Shown: positions 27,974 to 38,511 of the stretch, one piece after another
How the letters are laid out: each line of letters starts with the position of its first letter
How positions within the stretch are numbered: position 1 is the first letter of the stretch
Origin: Nitrospirota bacterium
Lineage (GTDB): Bacteria; Nitrospirota; Thermodesulfovibrionia; Thermodesulfovibrionales; Dissulfurispiraceae
Assembly: GCA_963790025.1 (NCBI GenBank)
Contig: CAWBMP010000004.1
Location: 192,001-256,000, forward strand
DNA: 64,000 nt
Direction of reading: 5' to 3'
Notes under the pieces: model-generated
Databases searched by the model: none
Told to the model about the DNA's origin: nothing
Seen by the model: only the letters and a program-made list of their open reading frames with translations
Position numbers and translations under genes: made by a program

Positions 27974-29257
27974 TTATGCAACACAAGGCTGGAGGGCAGT
28001 CGTGTACTCCTGCACGACGGCGGATGCAATGTCAGCCCAGCCATAACTTAAAACAGAAGAACGTATTTCATCACGGGACAAGACGCAGTTAGTCGGGTCT
28101 ACGATGAATTTTCGGATTGCCGATGCGAAGGAATGCGGGCTCGGCGTGTCAACAAGAAGTCCCGTCTTTCCGTCCCTTATCAAGGTTTCCATTGCACCTA
28201 CGCGCGCGGCAATAACAGGCGTTCCGCAGGCAAGCGCTTCGAGTGCGACGAGGCCGAAACTTTCGTAGTAAGACGGTACGACGACTACGTCGGCGGCGCT
28301 GTAATACAAAGGGAGAAGATCATGACTGACCCTGCCCTGAAATCTCACTATATCATCTACAGAGGCACGGCGGGCGAGCCGCGAAAGTTCAGCGGATGCA
28401 TGCGCCTGCGGACCGTCACCGCCGACTATCAAAAACATCAGTCCACGGTGAGAGCGCAGATGTGCGGCCGCAGATACTAGTCTGTGGAGCCCCTTGACAG
28501 GGGCGAACCTGCCAACGTAAAGAACAAGAAACCGGGTATTATGAAGTCCCAGTTCCTTTCGCGCCAGATCTTTCGCTACAGGCCGGAACCGTTCGAGGTC
28601 AACGCCGCAGGGGACCATGCCGATCTTTTCTCGCGGCACCCCATAGTATCTCACAAGCAGGTCCTTCTCCCTATCAGTTGCGGCCATAATCCGGTCGCTT
28701 TTACGGGCCAGCCTCTTTTCGGCAATCAGACGCAGGGCCGGTTCTCTCTCCTGGCTGCAGGCAACACGCTTTGCGATGCCGGTCGTGTGGAACATCACGA
28801 CATGAGGGATGTCCCACCTGTTTTGGGCAAGAAACCCCACTTCGCCGGATATCCAATAGTGGCTGTGGATGAGATCATAGCACACATTGTTTCTCGTAAT
28901 ATACTTCTCGAGCGATTGAAACGTTTCCGGCAGATGTCTGTACAGCATGCTCTTTGTGACATCCCCCTTGCACCCTATGCCCAGATGAATAAGGCGCACA
29001 TTCCCGGACATAAACATCTTAGTATCCATTATGCCGGCGCCGGCGCACGTATAAATGTCGACGCTGTGGCCCGCTCTTCCAAGTTCCCGCGAGAGTTCAC
29101 GGATATATACGCTCATGCCGCCCGTGTCCTCTGTCCCGAGTTCGCCGAGCGGACTAGAATGGATGCTGAGAGCAGCGATCCTCAATGGCCGCACATTAGA
29201 TAACTCCCCGTGTCCTTTCAAACCGGCTTCTGAAACAACAATGGAAGTTGGAGTCAT
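27974..29257 (-). CDS. GT4 glycosyltransferase, MshA-like
   Basis: SIHSSPL..LGTEDTGGMSVY, HSHYW.SG, PCGVD, PSYYESFGLVALEA.ACGTPV. Confidence 0.85.
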   Translation of the reverse strand: MTPTSIVVSEAGLKGHGELSNVRPLRIAALSIHSSPLGELGTEDTGGMSVYIRELSRELGRAGHSVDIYTCAGAGIMDTKMFMSGNVRLIHLGIGCKGDVTKSMLYRHLPETFQSLEKYITRNNVCYDLIHSHYWISGEVGFLAQNRWDIPHVVMFHTTGIAKRVACSQEREPALRLIAEKRLARKSDRIMAATDREKDLLVRYYGVPREKIGMVPCGVDLERFRPVAKDLARKELGLHNTRFLVLYVGRFAPVKGLHRLVSAAAHLRSHRGLMFLIVGGDGPQAHASAELSRLARRASVDDIVRFQGRVSHDLLPLYYSAADVVVVPSYYESFGLVALEALACGTPVIAARVGAMETLIRDGKTGLLVDTPSPHSFASAIRKFIVDPTNCVLSRDEIRSSVLSYGWADIASAVVQEYTTALQPCVA

Positions 29258-30261
29258 TTCAGAAGTGCCTCGCAGTGAAGCAGTCTCACCGGCCGACCGC
29301 CGAGGCGTCCTTTGTATGCCTCACCGCCCCGAAGAAAATTAAACTTTTTCCTGTTTCTTTTTATGCTTTCCCGTATGCAGAAGACCTTGCTCAGGAGTCC
29401 CACACTGAGATGCTCATAGCGCCGGTCATAGCCGTTATTGTAAAGGTAAACCGTCGAGTGATAGTCGAAACACATCGTTGAGGCTACGGGCTTATCGTTC
29501 AAGTCTAAAAAAAATAGACTTAAGAGCCCGGCCTCGGCCATTTCGACTGCTGCAGACCTGAAAAATAACTCGACATCGCCTGACATGAACCCGGCCTTAT
29601 CCTTCCTATTGGACCGGAAAAGAGCTATGAAAGTGTCCAACGCATGTGCAACATCCTTCTTGTCCTCGATAACGCGCAGCCCGACATGACCGGCACTCTC
29701 CAACCGCCTGAGCTTCCGGCGCGTCTCGTGCCGCTCCCTTCCCGACAGGAGGTCGAGATATCCTTCCCACGTGCCGGCCAGGTCCATTTCATAAAGCACA
29801 TCAACGTGGTCCCAGGAGACATCGCAACCGAGGAACGCAGAGTATGCCTGGAGGCATAAGATGATGGTTGAATCGGCACGGACGCGTCCCGCATCGAAAC
29901 GACTTATGCCCTCGCCTCTGAGGTAGTCAAAAAGGGTCGACAAAAATTCCCTCTCCCTTGAGGGCGCAACGATGAAATCAGTGTAATCGATCAGGTCGCT
30001 GTCGCCGATGAGGTGAGCTGTGTGTCCTCTGACCTCAAGCGGCGCCACACCGAGGACCTCATCGTGCTGTCTCACAACGCATAGGTGAGTTTCCAGGCCT
30101 TGTGCGAAATACGACCGCCAGGTACCAAGCAATGGGGGAAGCATAAACAAACAATCCCACTTGAGCTGGCTCCCTGCAACCTGCCAGTAGCTCTCAAGAT
30201 CGTACAGAGGCTCGATGCTTACCCACCCTCCCGGTGCTGCAATTTCAGCCTTATCTTTCAT
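29254..30261 (-). CDS. CelD/BcsL-like GNAT (Acetyltransf_6, FemAB-related fold)
   Basis: DY.DFI, WEGYL..L..R.R...RRKLRRL, YLYNNGYD, FNFLRGGEAYK.RLG. Confidence 0.85.
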   Translation of the reverse strand: MKDKAEIAAPGGWVSIEPLYDLESYWQVAGSQLKWDCLFMLPPLLGTWRSYFAQGLETHLCVVRQHDEVLGVAPLEVRGHTAHLIGDSDLIDYTDFIVAPSREREFLSTLFDYLRGEGISRFDAGRVRADSTIILCLQAYSAFLGCDVSWDHVDVLYEMDLAGTWEGYLDLLSGRERHETRRKLRRLESAGHVGLRVIEDKKDVAHALDTFIALFRSNRKDKAGFMSGDVELFFRSAAVEMAEAGLLSLFFLDLNDKPVASTMCFDYHSTVYLYNNGYDRRYEHLSVGLLSKVFCIRESIKRNRKKFNFLRGGEAYKGRLGGRPVRLLHCEALLK

Positions 30262-31522
30262 ACCACCGCCACCCTTCCTGAGTATCATCGACTTCAATGT
30301 TCACCCGCTTCAGGCAATCACGGACCGCATCGGCCTCATGCCACTGGTTATTTTTCCTGAATAGAGCTCTTAATGCAAGTAATTCTTCCACGAGTGGCGC
30401 GAGACACTCGTAACTGCTTTTCGGCGCTGAGGACAGGCGCATTCCTAAAAGAACTATGAATTCGTGAAAGAGATCTCTTGCCTGGGAGATGACCTCCGGT
30501 CCCTCCTTATCCTGCTGGGCCTGCCAGATTAGCCTATCGAGGGCCAAAACAGCGTTGGCAGCATCCCGGGCATCTTCGTCGAGGCCTTTGTGGAACCCAA
30601 CTTCGACGGCATGCACGGCGCCCCAGAAGTCTGTCTCATCAGACGAGGACCGAGCACTCAACACGCTGTTCACTCCCGCCTCAAAAGTCTGCGACTTCCC
30701 GGGACCTCCCGGCGATTTGAGTGCTCGGCTCCCTTCTCTGTCTGAAAAGGCACTGAGCGGGAATTGTTCTCCCCTGACGAATGTCCTCTCATATGTACCA
30801 TGTCTCAAAGTCACAGAGCCGATACCTTTTATCGAGATTTCCTTCCTGTCAATATCTATGATGCAGGCCGTATGTTCGTCGATACCAAGGATACTCATAT
30901 CCTCCGGCAGCATTGATTCGAGCAACCTGAACCGGCCCTCTCCCATAAAGCAGAAACGCGTGTCGTGTGTCCCTCCCTCGGCGTTATTCCAGTGAGGGAC
31001 CACAACCGTATTCAGCCCGAAATGACCTAGTATCTTGAGGCCTTCAGTCCAATGTGGCTCCTGACCGACCTTGTAAATCTCGTATACAGGCAGGGTAAAA
31101 CTCCCTGCTGTTAGTGCCGCCGCGCTGGCGGCGACAAGACATGCGCCTTTTTCGATCCGCCGCTGCAGTATCCCTGGTATGGGAGTCCCCTGCCACTGCC
31201 TAATGGCATATGTCGGGCTACCGGGTCCGACCAGGACATAATCCGCCTCTTTCAGGGTGCGAAAGGCCTGCTCTCTTTCAAGGGCCGGTATGTCTTTCGA
31301 CTTGTACGATATGACTGCCATTGGATGGCCGACACTCACTCGGAAATATTCTACCGCCCGTTCGGACAACTGGTCGGCGTTCAACTGGAACCCCGCAGGA
31401 GTATCGAGAAAGAACGCTTTGGGAGAAATGCCGAGTCGTGCAAGTATGTCCTTGTGGACCTCGACCATTGTGGCTGTGAGTTCACCTGAGCCCATGAGAA
31501 CAATCAAACCCTTTTTATGCAT
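30251..31522 (-). CDS. Peptidase S51 (cyanophycinase/PepE-like) domain fused to a cysteinyl-tRNA synthetase C-terminal domain
   Basis: LMGSGE, GPGSP, AASAAA, VPHWNN, GIDEHTA; tail RKNNQWHEADAVRDCLKRVNIEVDDTQEGWRW. Confidence 0.75.
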   Translation of the reverse strand: MHKKGLIVLMGSGELTATMVEVHKDILARLGISPKAFFLDTPAGFQLNADQLSERAVEYFRVSVGHPMAVISYKSKDIPALEREQAFRTLKEADYVLVGPGSPTYAIRQWQGTPIPGILQRRIEKGACLVAASAAALTAGSFTLPVYEIYKVGQEPHWTEGLKILGHFGLNTVVVPHWNNAEGGTHDTRFCFMGEGRFRLLESMLPEDMSILGIDEHTACIIDIDRKEISIKGIGSVTLRHGTYERTFVRGEQFPLSAFSDREGSRALKSPGGPGKSQTFEAGVNSVLSARSSSDETDFWGAVHAVEVGFHKGLDEDARDAANAVLALDRLIWQAQQDKEGPEVISQARDLFHEFIVLLGMRLSSAPKSSYECLAPLVEELLALRALFRKNNQWHEADAVRDCLKRVNIEVDDTQEGWRWYER

Positions 31523-31598
31523 ATTCTAATTTGAGCGTGTTTCATGGCCGTTGTCAAGTGCCGGGACGCATCCTCAGTAGGGCAGCCGAAACCCGAGT

Positions 31599-34438
31599 TT
31601 ATTTTACAATCCACTGCGTGCCGCAGATATACTGGAAATCGCATGTCGGGCACACCTTCTTACTGTCGGCTGCCTGTCCGAAGGGAACCAGAGGATCTAT
31701 TATTTCGTTGAGTGCCTTGAAGATCAGTATCTTCAGTGGTGCAAACATTTCTGCCGGCGATGAACCATCAAATAGGGAAAGTTCAACATCTCTACTTATC
31801 ATCGAGCGGCCCAAAAGCAGAAAAAGCGCATCGAGCTTCTCTATCGTTCTTTTTTTCTTTTCAGTATAAAGCAAGAGGTAAAATGGAAGCTGGATACTAC
31901 CTATAGCCTTGTCCCAAGTCTCTCTTTTGCCGATGTCGAGTTTTTCCATATCAATCTTCAGATAATTTGGGCTGGAGCCTGTCTTGTAATCGACTATGAC
32001 TGTCTTATCGTCCCGCTGCTCAACGCTATCCAGCCTTCCGCTCAAATTAAAGGAACCAACATTTACCCGTATCGGCTCCTCGCTTTGCAAAACAGTCACT
32101 TTTTTTTCTTTCACAAGAGGAAGATAGTAATATTTAAGAACGTCAGCCATGTGTCTCTTGACCTGCCTCTTTAGAAAATAGAGAGCTCCAGAAGGGTCTT
32201 TGCCATATTTTTGCTCAAAGAGCCCTTCCACAATAGAATCCATTTGCCTGATGATTATGTCTGTTTCCTCTAAAGGCCTGCCTTTCTTGTCGAAGAAATA
32301 TCGCATCAAGACAGCATGGACGAAATTTCCCAAATCATCTCGTTCGATGTCTCCTGTCATCTCTTCCTTACGGCTGAGTCCGAGTACAGAGGCGTAGTAG
32401 AACTGAAGCGGGCACTTGAGATACCTGTTCAGCGCGGTCGCACTGTAGCAGAAGTCTCTTAGGAAGGCTACCATCCCATCGGTCTTTGCAATCGGGCCGG
32501 GAGCGCTGTTTATTAGTTTCACCTGATACTGGACAGGTCTGATGTAGGACATTACATCGGTTATCTTGTCTTTTTTCTGTCTGTCCCAGAGAAGCTTCTC
32601 AACGAACCTCGACCGCTCTGTTTTGTCGTTTTCGATGAAAAAGAGATGGACCTTTTTTGCCCCTTTAAGGAGTGCATCGAAATAGTATGCGGTGAGCTTG
32701 TCCCTGTCCATATAAGTGGGAAGCCCCAGTATCTCCCGGGCCTTGAAGGGGAGGAGAGTTTCTTCTTTCCTCGTATCGGGCAGGATGTCCTCATTCGCGT
32801 CCAGGACAAAGACTGTCTCGAACTTCAGGTTCCTCGTCTCGAGGGACCCCAGCACCTGCAGTCCCTTGACAGGCGTGCCTGAAAAAGGGGTATGGACGGT
32901 CATTATGTATTTCCTTAAGAATACGAAATAGCTGGACCTTTCCGAAAAGGCGATGTCTTTCATCATAGATCTCAGAAGTACATCAAGAGATGCTATAAAG
33001 GACTCGGAGAATGGATGAAAAAGGGGGTGAAGTCTTGCCGTGCTGTTATTGAAGATAAACAGTAGCGCCTCGATGCATTTACTCGCAAAGTCTCTGATGT
33101 TTTGGAAGGAAATGAATCTTTCTATTGTATTTTTGTGAATGACTTTCAGATGCTCCCTAAGGTGTTCTTCCCTGGTCCCCTTTTCGTATTCCGGGAGCTT
33201 TTTCAGAATGTCCCCAAAAAGAGTTTCGTTCCTCTCGATCTCTTTTATAGTGGTAAAGGTCCTGGCCTTGTGCTTGAGAAGCTCCTCCTCGATAGTATGG
33301 AACATCACTCGTGTCGTCTCGGACTTACCGTTGAAATAAATATTCTTTGTGTAGGGATGAAGAATGAATTTCAAGTAATCGGGGATATAAATCCTGTCGC
33401 CATCCATCGAATTCACCAGTTCCATCAGGTTATTGAGAAAACCGAAGACAGGGGTACGATGTAATGGATACCCTAACGACACGTTGTATTCATCCTCGTG
33501 CATGTCCGAGATCCCTGGCGCAAGAGAGGGAAAAGGGTCTCTGACGAAGGCAGGACAATGACTGTGTTCTCGTCAGGATTATTAACCGCGTCGCCGTTTG
33601 TCCCAAGGATTTTCCCAAGCGCCAGAACCTGGCCATGAGTGTCGGGACTGCTGTAAAAGTGCACCTCCGGTCCCGTGTCCACGCTTTCCATTATCTCGTG
33701 GGTGATGCCAAGCTCCTTGAGTTTCTCATTCAATCCCATACCATCCTGGAAGATAAGGACTGTATTGTCGTATAAGAGCAGCTTTCGAAACAGGGCCTTT
33801 TCTGCATTAGTGAGAGCAAAGAAGCCCGCGAAGATTATACTTTCAAAGCTGCTGAGCACGGCTTTGTATATCTTCTCAGCAGCAATCTGATATCTCCTTG
33901 ACCTGGTCGAAAACCCCAATGCATCTATTTCTCTATAGAACTGCTCATAGAAATAAGACAGGGACTGTAACCCGATGATCGTCTGCTCAGGCATACCCTC
34001 TGTAATGAAGGATTCGATTCCCTTGACCATCTGGGGCTTGATGCCTTCAATAGTCAACTCCTCGATGTCACGATATATTTTGAGCCCAAGGGGGAAAAAA
34101 CTATCAGGAGTCATGAACCCTTTTCCGCCAAGCGGCGTCGCGGCCTTCCTGTGTATATCGTAAAGCAGGGCAACAGCATCTATGGTCTCAATCTTCTTTC
34201 CAGGGCTTAACTCATAGAATAGCGAATCCATAAACTCATCCATCGAAAAGACCATAGGCGGGATGAAGCTTGCATTGACCTTCGCGGCCAGCGCCTTTCT
34301 AAGAAAGTGGGACGGCCTTTTGCCGGGAAAAACCACAAGGGATGAAGAGTAATCCCTTTCAGTTCCAGTCAAGTGGGCCAGCACTTCTTCTATCAAGCTT
34401 TTGCCGGGTGGAATGATAACCGTGTTCAGTGTATTCAT
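31599..34438 (-). pseudogene. AddB-like PD-(D/E)XK nuclease with Fe-S cysteines, split by a 1-nt frameshift near 33514
   Basis: ORFs 33473-34438 and 31599-33503 join if one G is added; YSATAL..YLKCP, GRLD..E..IVDYKTG, CPTCDFQYIC. Confidence 0.8.
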
Positions 34439-37400
34439 CCGGCCTTCTCCACTTCGCCGAGGTCGACGAAGGCAATAATACCCTTGACGGTTTTTCCGGT
34501 ATAGACATCACCCAGTATGTTCATGTAATTCTTCAACTGGGCCCTGTATTTTTCTATCGCTTCCTTGTCCTTTCCTGTCTTATAGTCGATCACAATAACG
34601 CTGTCATTGTCTATTACGACCCTGTCCATCCTGAAAAGCCTGCCGGCATTGTCAGAATACTCCTGCTCTTTCCTGGTCACCATCCCCGGCACTGCACTGA
34701 AATACCTTTCTATCTCTTTGTTCCTTACTAATGCAATGACGATAGCTTTGATCTCTTTGTCGGAATAATCCGATCCGGTCTCATCCTTTACACGACTTAT
34801 GATCTCTTGCAGTTCGGTTTCAAAATTGTCCTTCACGCAGTCAACAAAGAACAGTACTCTGTGGATGAACTCACCCCTCCTTTTTTCATCTAATGTCAGG
34901 AACTTTTCGGGACCGGCCCGGAATTCAAGCTGCCTGTGGCGGTACAGGAGCTGACATGAAGAAGGAGTCCCTTGTGCTTCCGCCGGCGGGACCTCAGGAC
35001 TATATTCAGGTTTGGCCGAAGGAGAAAAGTCGCCTGCCGGGAGTAAAACGAACGGATAACCCTTGTCATTGCTTTTGACCCCGATCACGTAAAGCTCACT
35101 CTTGGGACGGGTGAACCCCACATAGAGGCTGTTAAGCCTGTTCACCATCTCACTCATCCTCTCTTTATCATAGAGAATCCGGAGGGTCTCGTCACAGGCT
35201 GCAGTAGTCTTGTTGATCTTGAGGAGGCAGACCGTCTCACCCTTGTCCTCGATAATATATTCAAAGCCCCTGTTTCTTACTTCATAGAGGAGGACAATAA
35301 CAACGGGGAACCCCAGCCCTTTGGATTTGTGTATGGTCATGACCTGAACAGCATTAATGTTCCTGGGGACGGCCATGTCCCATTCAGACTCGCCCTTTTC
35401 ATCGTCCGTTGCGGTCTCCAGAAAATCCTTGAGGCTGTTGAATCCTCCTCCTTCAAAGTCTTTGACCACCTCAAGTATCTTAACGAGTGCCGCCTCCTCA
35501 GACGGCATGTTCTCAAAAACACTGAATACGGCAAAAACCTCTGTGACCAGGTCGTAAAGCGGCAGGAACCCGGTTGCCCTGAAAAGACCGTCGAAATACT
35601 GTTCCCAAAGGCCGCTGAACTTCTTTTGAAACGCCTTATATAAAGGAGGCTTCTTTCTATGCGTGAAGCAGAATTCCCTCAGCCCCTCGATACCGTCCCC
35701 AGGATGGTCCTTCGCAATCGTACTCGTGAAAACATCGCCCAGAATGAAGACGCCGAATGAAAAGTCGTCAGTAGGAGAGTCGAGGAAGTTCATGAGCGCG
35801 ATAATCTCTCCGGTTATCTTGCGCCTCCTCACATCCAGGCTGCTGTATGATATAAAGGGGATTTCCTTCTCGTTCAGCCATGTCGTGGCACTGACTGCAT
35901 ATTCGTTCGTCTGAGTAAGCACGGCAATATCACCGTACCGGTAACCGCGTGTGTGCAGTTCTTTTATGATTTCCTGGATCTTTTCCCGCTCAGCAGGTTC
36001 TTCGTCGTTCCGTTCGTGAAGGGAGACCTCTACATACCCATCGTCGCCTTTATCTTCTTTCGGCTTTTGTATGTATTCGGTAAGACCACTTCTGCGTCCG
36101 GCCTCTCTGTATTCATCGTTCCCGGGAAGTTTCTCTTTGAAAACTCTTTCGTTGAACTGAAGTATCCTCTTTCTGCTCCTGTAGTTAGTGTCAAGCTCCC
36201 TGACGGCATGTTCGGCTGAAGGAAATGGATTTGTCTCTTCGAGTCCTTTCATGATGGTGTAGTCTGCGTTCCGGAAGCCGTATATAGCCTGCTTTGTGTC
36301 CCCAACCGCAAAGAGGCTTCCTCCCTGGGAAAGCGAGTTCTCGATGAGGGGCAAAAGATTCTCCCACTGTATGGGCGAGGTGTCTTGAAACTCATCGATG
36401 AGGAAATGGAAAATAGTGTCGCCGAGCCTGAAATAGACATCGGGGACCATTGAACTGTTGAGATACTCGGCAAGCTGCATGTTGATGTCCTCGATGAATA
36501 CCTTGCCTTGCTGCCTCTTCACCAAATCCACAGTCCCGCTGAAGGCCTGATAGGCCTTCACGTACGGCACACAGCGAGTGCGGACGAAACAAATGGTGTA
36601 CTGCCGGGTCAATTCCCCGACATCAGACCACAAATTTAATATCCTGTCATATGCAGCCTGCTCCCTGCCTTCACCTTTTTTCGGCTTGTTAACTGGAGGA
36701 TTGGCAAATCCCTTTCCTATAAGATCTGGAAATCTTTTCTCCCTAACCAGAGACAAGATAGTCTTGTAAGAGGAATTGCCGCGTTCCTTTAGGCCCGAGA
36801 CCCCGATCTCTTTTTCAATGTCGTTAACAAGCGCAATTATTTTGTCTTTAACTTTGTTAAGGTCTTCACCGTAATCCTCAATCGCAGCCAATTTCCCCTT
36901 GGATGAAAGTTTCCTGTAAATTTTCTTTATCTCGTCAAGAAGCACCGTTGATGGGTCCCATAAATAGGCTTCAGTGACCCTCTTCTGCTCCAGCAGCAGG
37001 TCCACGATCTCTTCGATGCAGACCGCCTCGGTCGTCCCATGCCTGACATTTCGCATAAAAAGATTGAAGGAGTAGCCCATCAGCAAATCGTTGTTTATTA
37101 AGATATCAAAGTCCGGGTTATACCCAAAATCGATAGCCGAGGCCTTAAAAACGGTCGCCATGAAACTGTCGATCGTCTTCACCTGGAAATCCGAGTAGCT
37201 GTCAAGTATCTCTCCTATCAGGAGGCCGGCCTGTTCTCGCATGCCTCCAACATCGAGCGAGGTTATCTTTGAGAGTTCCCGTACCTTTGCCTCGTCCCCG
37301 AAATAGACCTCCTTCAGCCACGAGAGCGTCCTCTCCTTCATTTCTTTTGCGGCATTGTTAGAAAAGGTTATTGCAAGCATGTTCCTGAGACTGTTTCTCG

Positions 37401-37551
37401 GGACCCTGGCGGAAAGAAGAAATTGGACGAACCTCTCTGTGAGGGCATAAGTTTTCCCGGAGCCGGCCGATGCCTTAAGGACCGTGAAGTGGGGAAACTT
37501 CAAATCTGTATCTTTTATTAAAAACGGTTCTCCCATATGCTCCTCACCCAA
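34435..37551 (-). CDS. AddA-like UvrD helicase with C-terminal nuclease
   Basis: ASAGSGKT, ITFSNNAA, IDEFQDTS, GDTKQAIYGFR, NYRS, MTIHKSKGL, IDYKTG. Confidence 0.92.
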   Translation of the reverse strand: MGEEHMGEPFLIKDTDLKFPHFTVLKASAGSGKTYALTERFVQFLLSARVPRNSLRNMLAITFSNNAAKEMKERTLSWLKEVYFGDEAKVRELSKITSLDVGGMREQAGLLIGEILDSYSDFQVKTIDSFMATVFKASAIDFGYNPDFDILINNDLLMGYSFNLFMRNVRHGTTEAVCIEEIVDLLLEQKRVTEAYLWDPSTVLLDEIKKIYRKLSSKGKLAAIEDYGEDLNKVKDKIIALVNDIEKEIGVSGLKERGNSSYKTILSLVREKRFPDLIGKGFANPPVNKPKKGEGREQAAYDRILNLWSDVGELTRQYTICFVRTRCVPYVKAYQAFSGTVDLVKRQQGKVFIEDINMQLAEYLNSSMVPDVYFRLGDTIFHFLIDEFQDTSPIQWENLLPLIENSLSQGGSLFAVGDTKQAIYGFRNADYTIMKGLEETNPFPSAEHAVRELDTNYRSRKRILQFNERVFKEKLPGNDEYREAGRRSGLTEYIQKPKEDKGDDGYVEVSLHERNDEEPAEREKIQEIIKELHTRGYRYGDIAVLTQTNEYAVSATTWLNEKEIPFISYSSLDVRRRKITGEIIALMNFLDSPTDDFSFGVFILGDVFTSTIAKDHPGDGIEGLREFCFTHRKKPPLYKAFQKKFSGLWEQYFDGLFRATGFLPLYDLVTEVFAVFSVFENMPSEEAALVKILEVVKDFEGGGFNSLKDFLETATDDEKGESEWDMAVPRNINAVQVMTIHKSKGLGFPVVIVLLYEVRNRGFEYIIEDKGETVCLLKINKTTAACDETLRILYDKERMSEMVNRLNSLYVGFTRPKSELYVIGVKSNDKGYPFVLLPAGDFSPSAKPEYSPEVPPAEAQGTPSSCQLLYRHRQLEFRAGPEKFLTLDEKRRGEFIHRVLFFVDCVKDNFETELQEIISRVKDETGSDYSDKEIKAIVIALVRNKEIERYFSAVPGMVTRKEQEYSDNAGRLFRMDRVVIDNDSVIVIDYKTGKDKEAIEKYRAQLKNYMNILGDVYTGKTVKGIIAFVDLGEVEKAG

Positions 37552-37713
37552 TATTATAGAACAATAAACACATATCGATTATGCAGGCTTCCGGCAAGAG
37601 TTGTATACTATTAACGGTACTGAGTATCGGTCCAGGATAATATTAATTTGTTTTCTTGACGCAGAACCACAAGCAGGCGCCTTAGGCAAGCCGTGTGGAG
37701 AGAAGGAGGTTTT

Positions 37714-38511
37714 ATGGGAACACCCGGATTTCAAATATCGCTGAGTCTGATTTTTTCTGTCGTACTTGCTCTCTATATACTTGGGAGCGCAATAAGAATA
37801 CTTAAAGAATATGAGCGCGGTGTGGTATTCAGGCTCGGAAGGATAATACCCCTTAAGGGCCCGGGCCTTGTTCTGATATTTCCTGTCATTGATAAGTTGG
37901 TGAAAGTGAGCCTGCGGACGGTGACAATGGACGTTCCACCGCAGGACATCATCACAAAAGACAATATTACGGTTAAAGTCAACGCCGTGATCTATTTCAG
38001 GCCGGTAGACCCTATACGGGCAATCACTGAAGTCGAGGATTTCATTTATGCCACCTCTCAAATAGCGCAGACCACTCTGAGAAGCATTCTTGGCCAGAGC
38101 CAGCTCGATGATCTTCTCGCAAAACGTGACGAGCTTAATGTGGAACTGCAGCGCGTGATTGATCAGCAGACGGAACCCTGGGGGGTTAAAGTCAGCGCCG
38201 TTGAAGTAAAAAATGTCGATCTGCCAAGTGAGATGCTGCGGGCAATAGCGCGGCAGGCCGAAGCCGAAAGGGAACGGAGGGCAAAGATAATACATGCTGA
38301 AGGAGAATTCCAGGCATCTCAAAAGCTTGCGGATGCCGCAAAGATCATTTCATCCGAGCCCGCTACACTGCAGCTCAGGTACCTTCAGACGCTCACGGAA
38401 ATAGCGACCGAGAAAAATTCAACGATCATATTTCCGCTACCCATAGATCTTCTGAGTCTCTTTCTCGACAAGATCGGGAAGAAGACGCGCTCCGAGCTAC
38501 CATCTGATTAA
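37714..38511 (+). CDS. Stomatin/SPFH (slipin) family protein
   Basis: [39 protein letters not shown]. Confidence 0.93.
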   Translation: MGTPGFQISLSLIFSVVLALYILGSAIRILKEYERGVVFRLGRIIPLKGPGLVLIFPVIDKLVKVSLRTVTMDVPPQDIITKDNITVKVNAVIYFRPVDPIRAITEVEDFIYATSQIAQTTLRSILGQSQLDDLLAKRDELNVELQRVIDQQTEPWGVKVSAVEVKNVDLPSEMLRAIARQAEAERERRAKIIHAEGEFQASQKLADAAKIISSEPATLQLRYLQTLTEIATEKNSTIIFPLPIDLLSLFLDKIGKKTRSELPSD

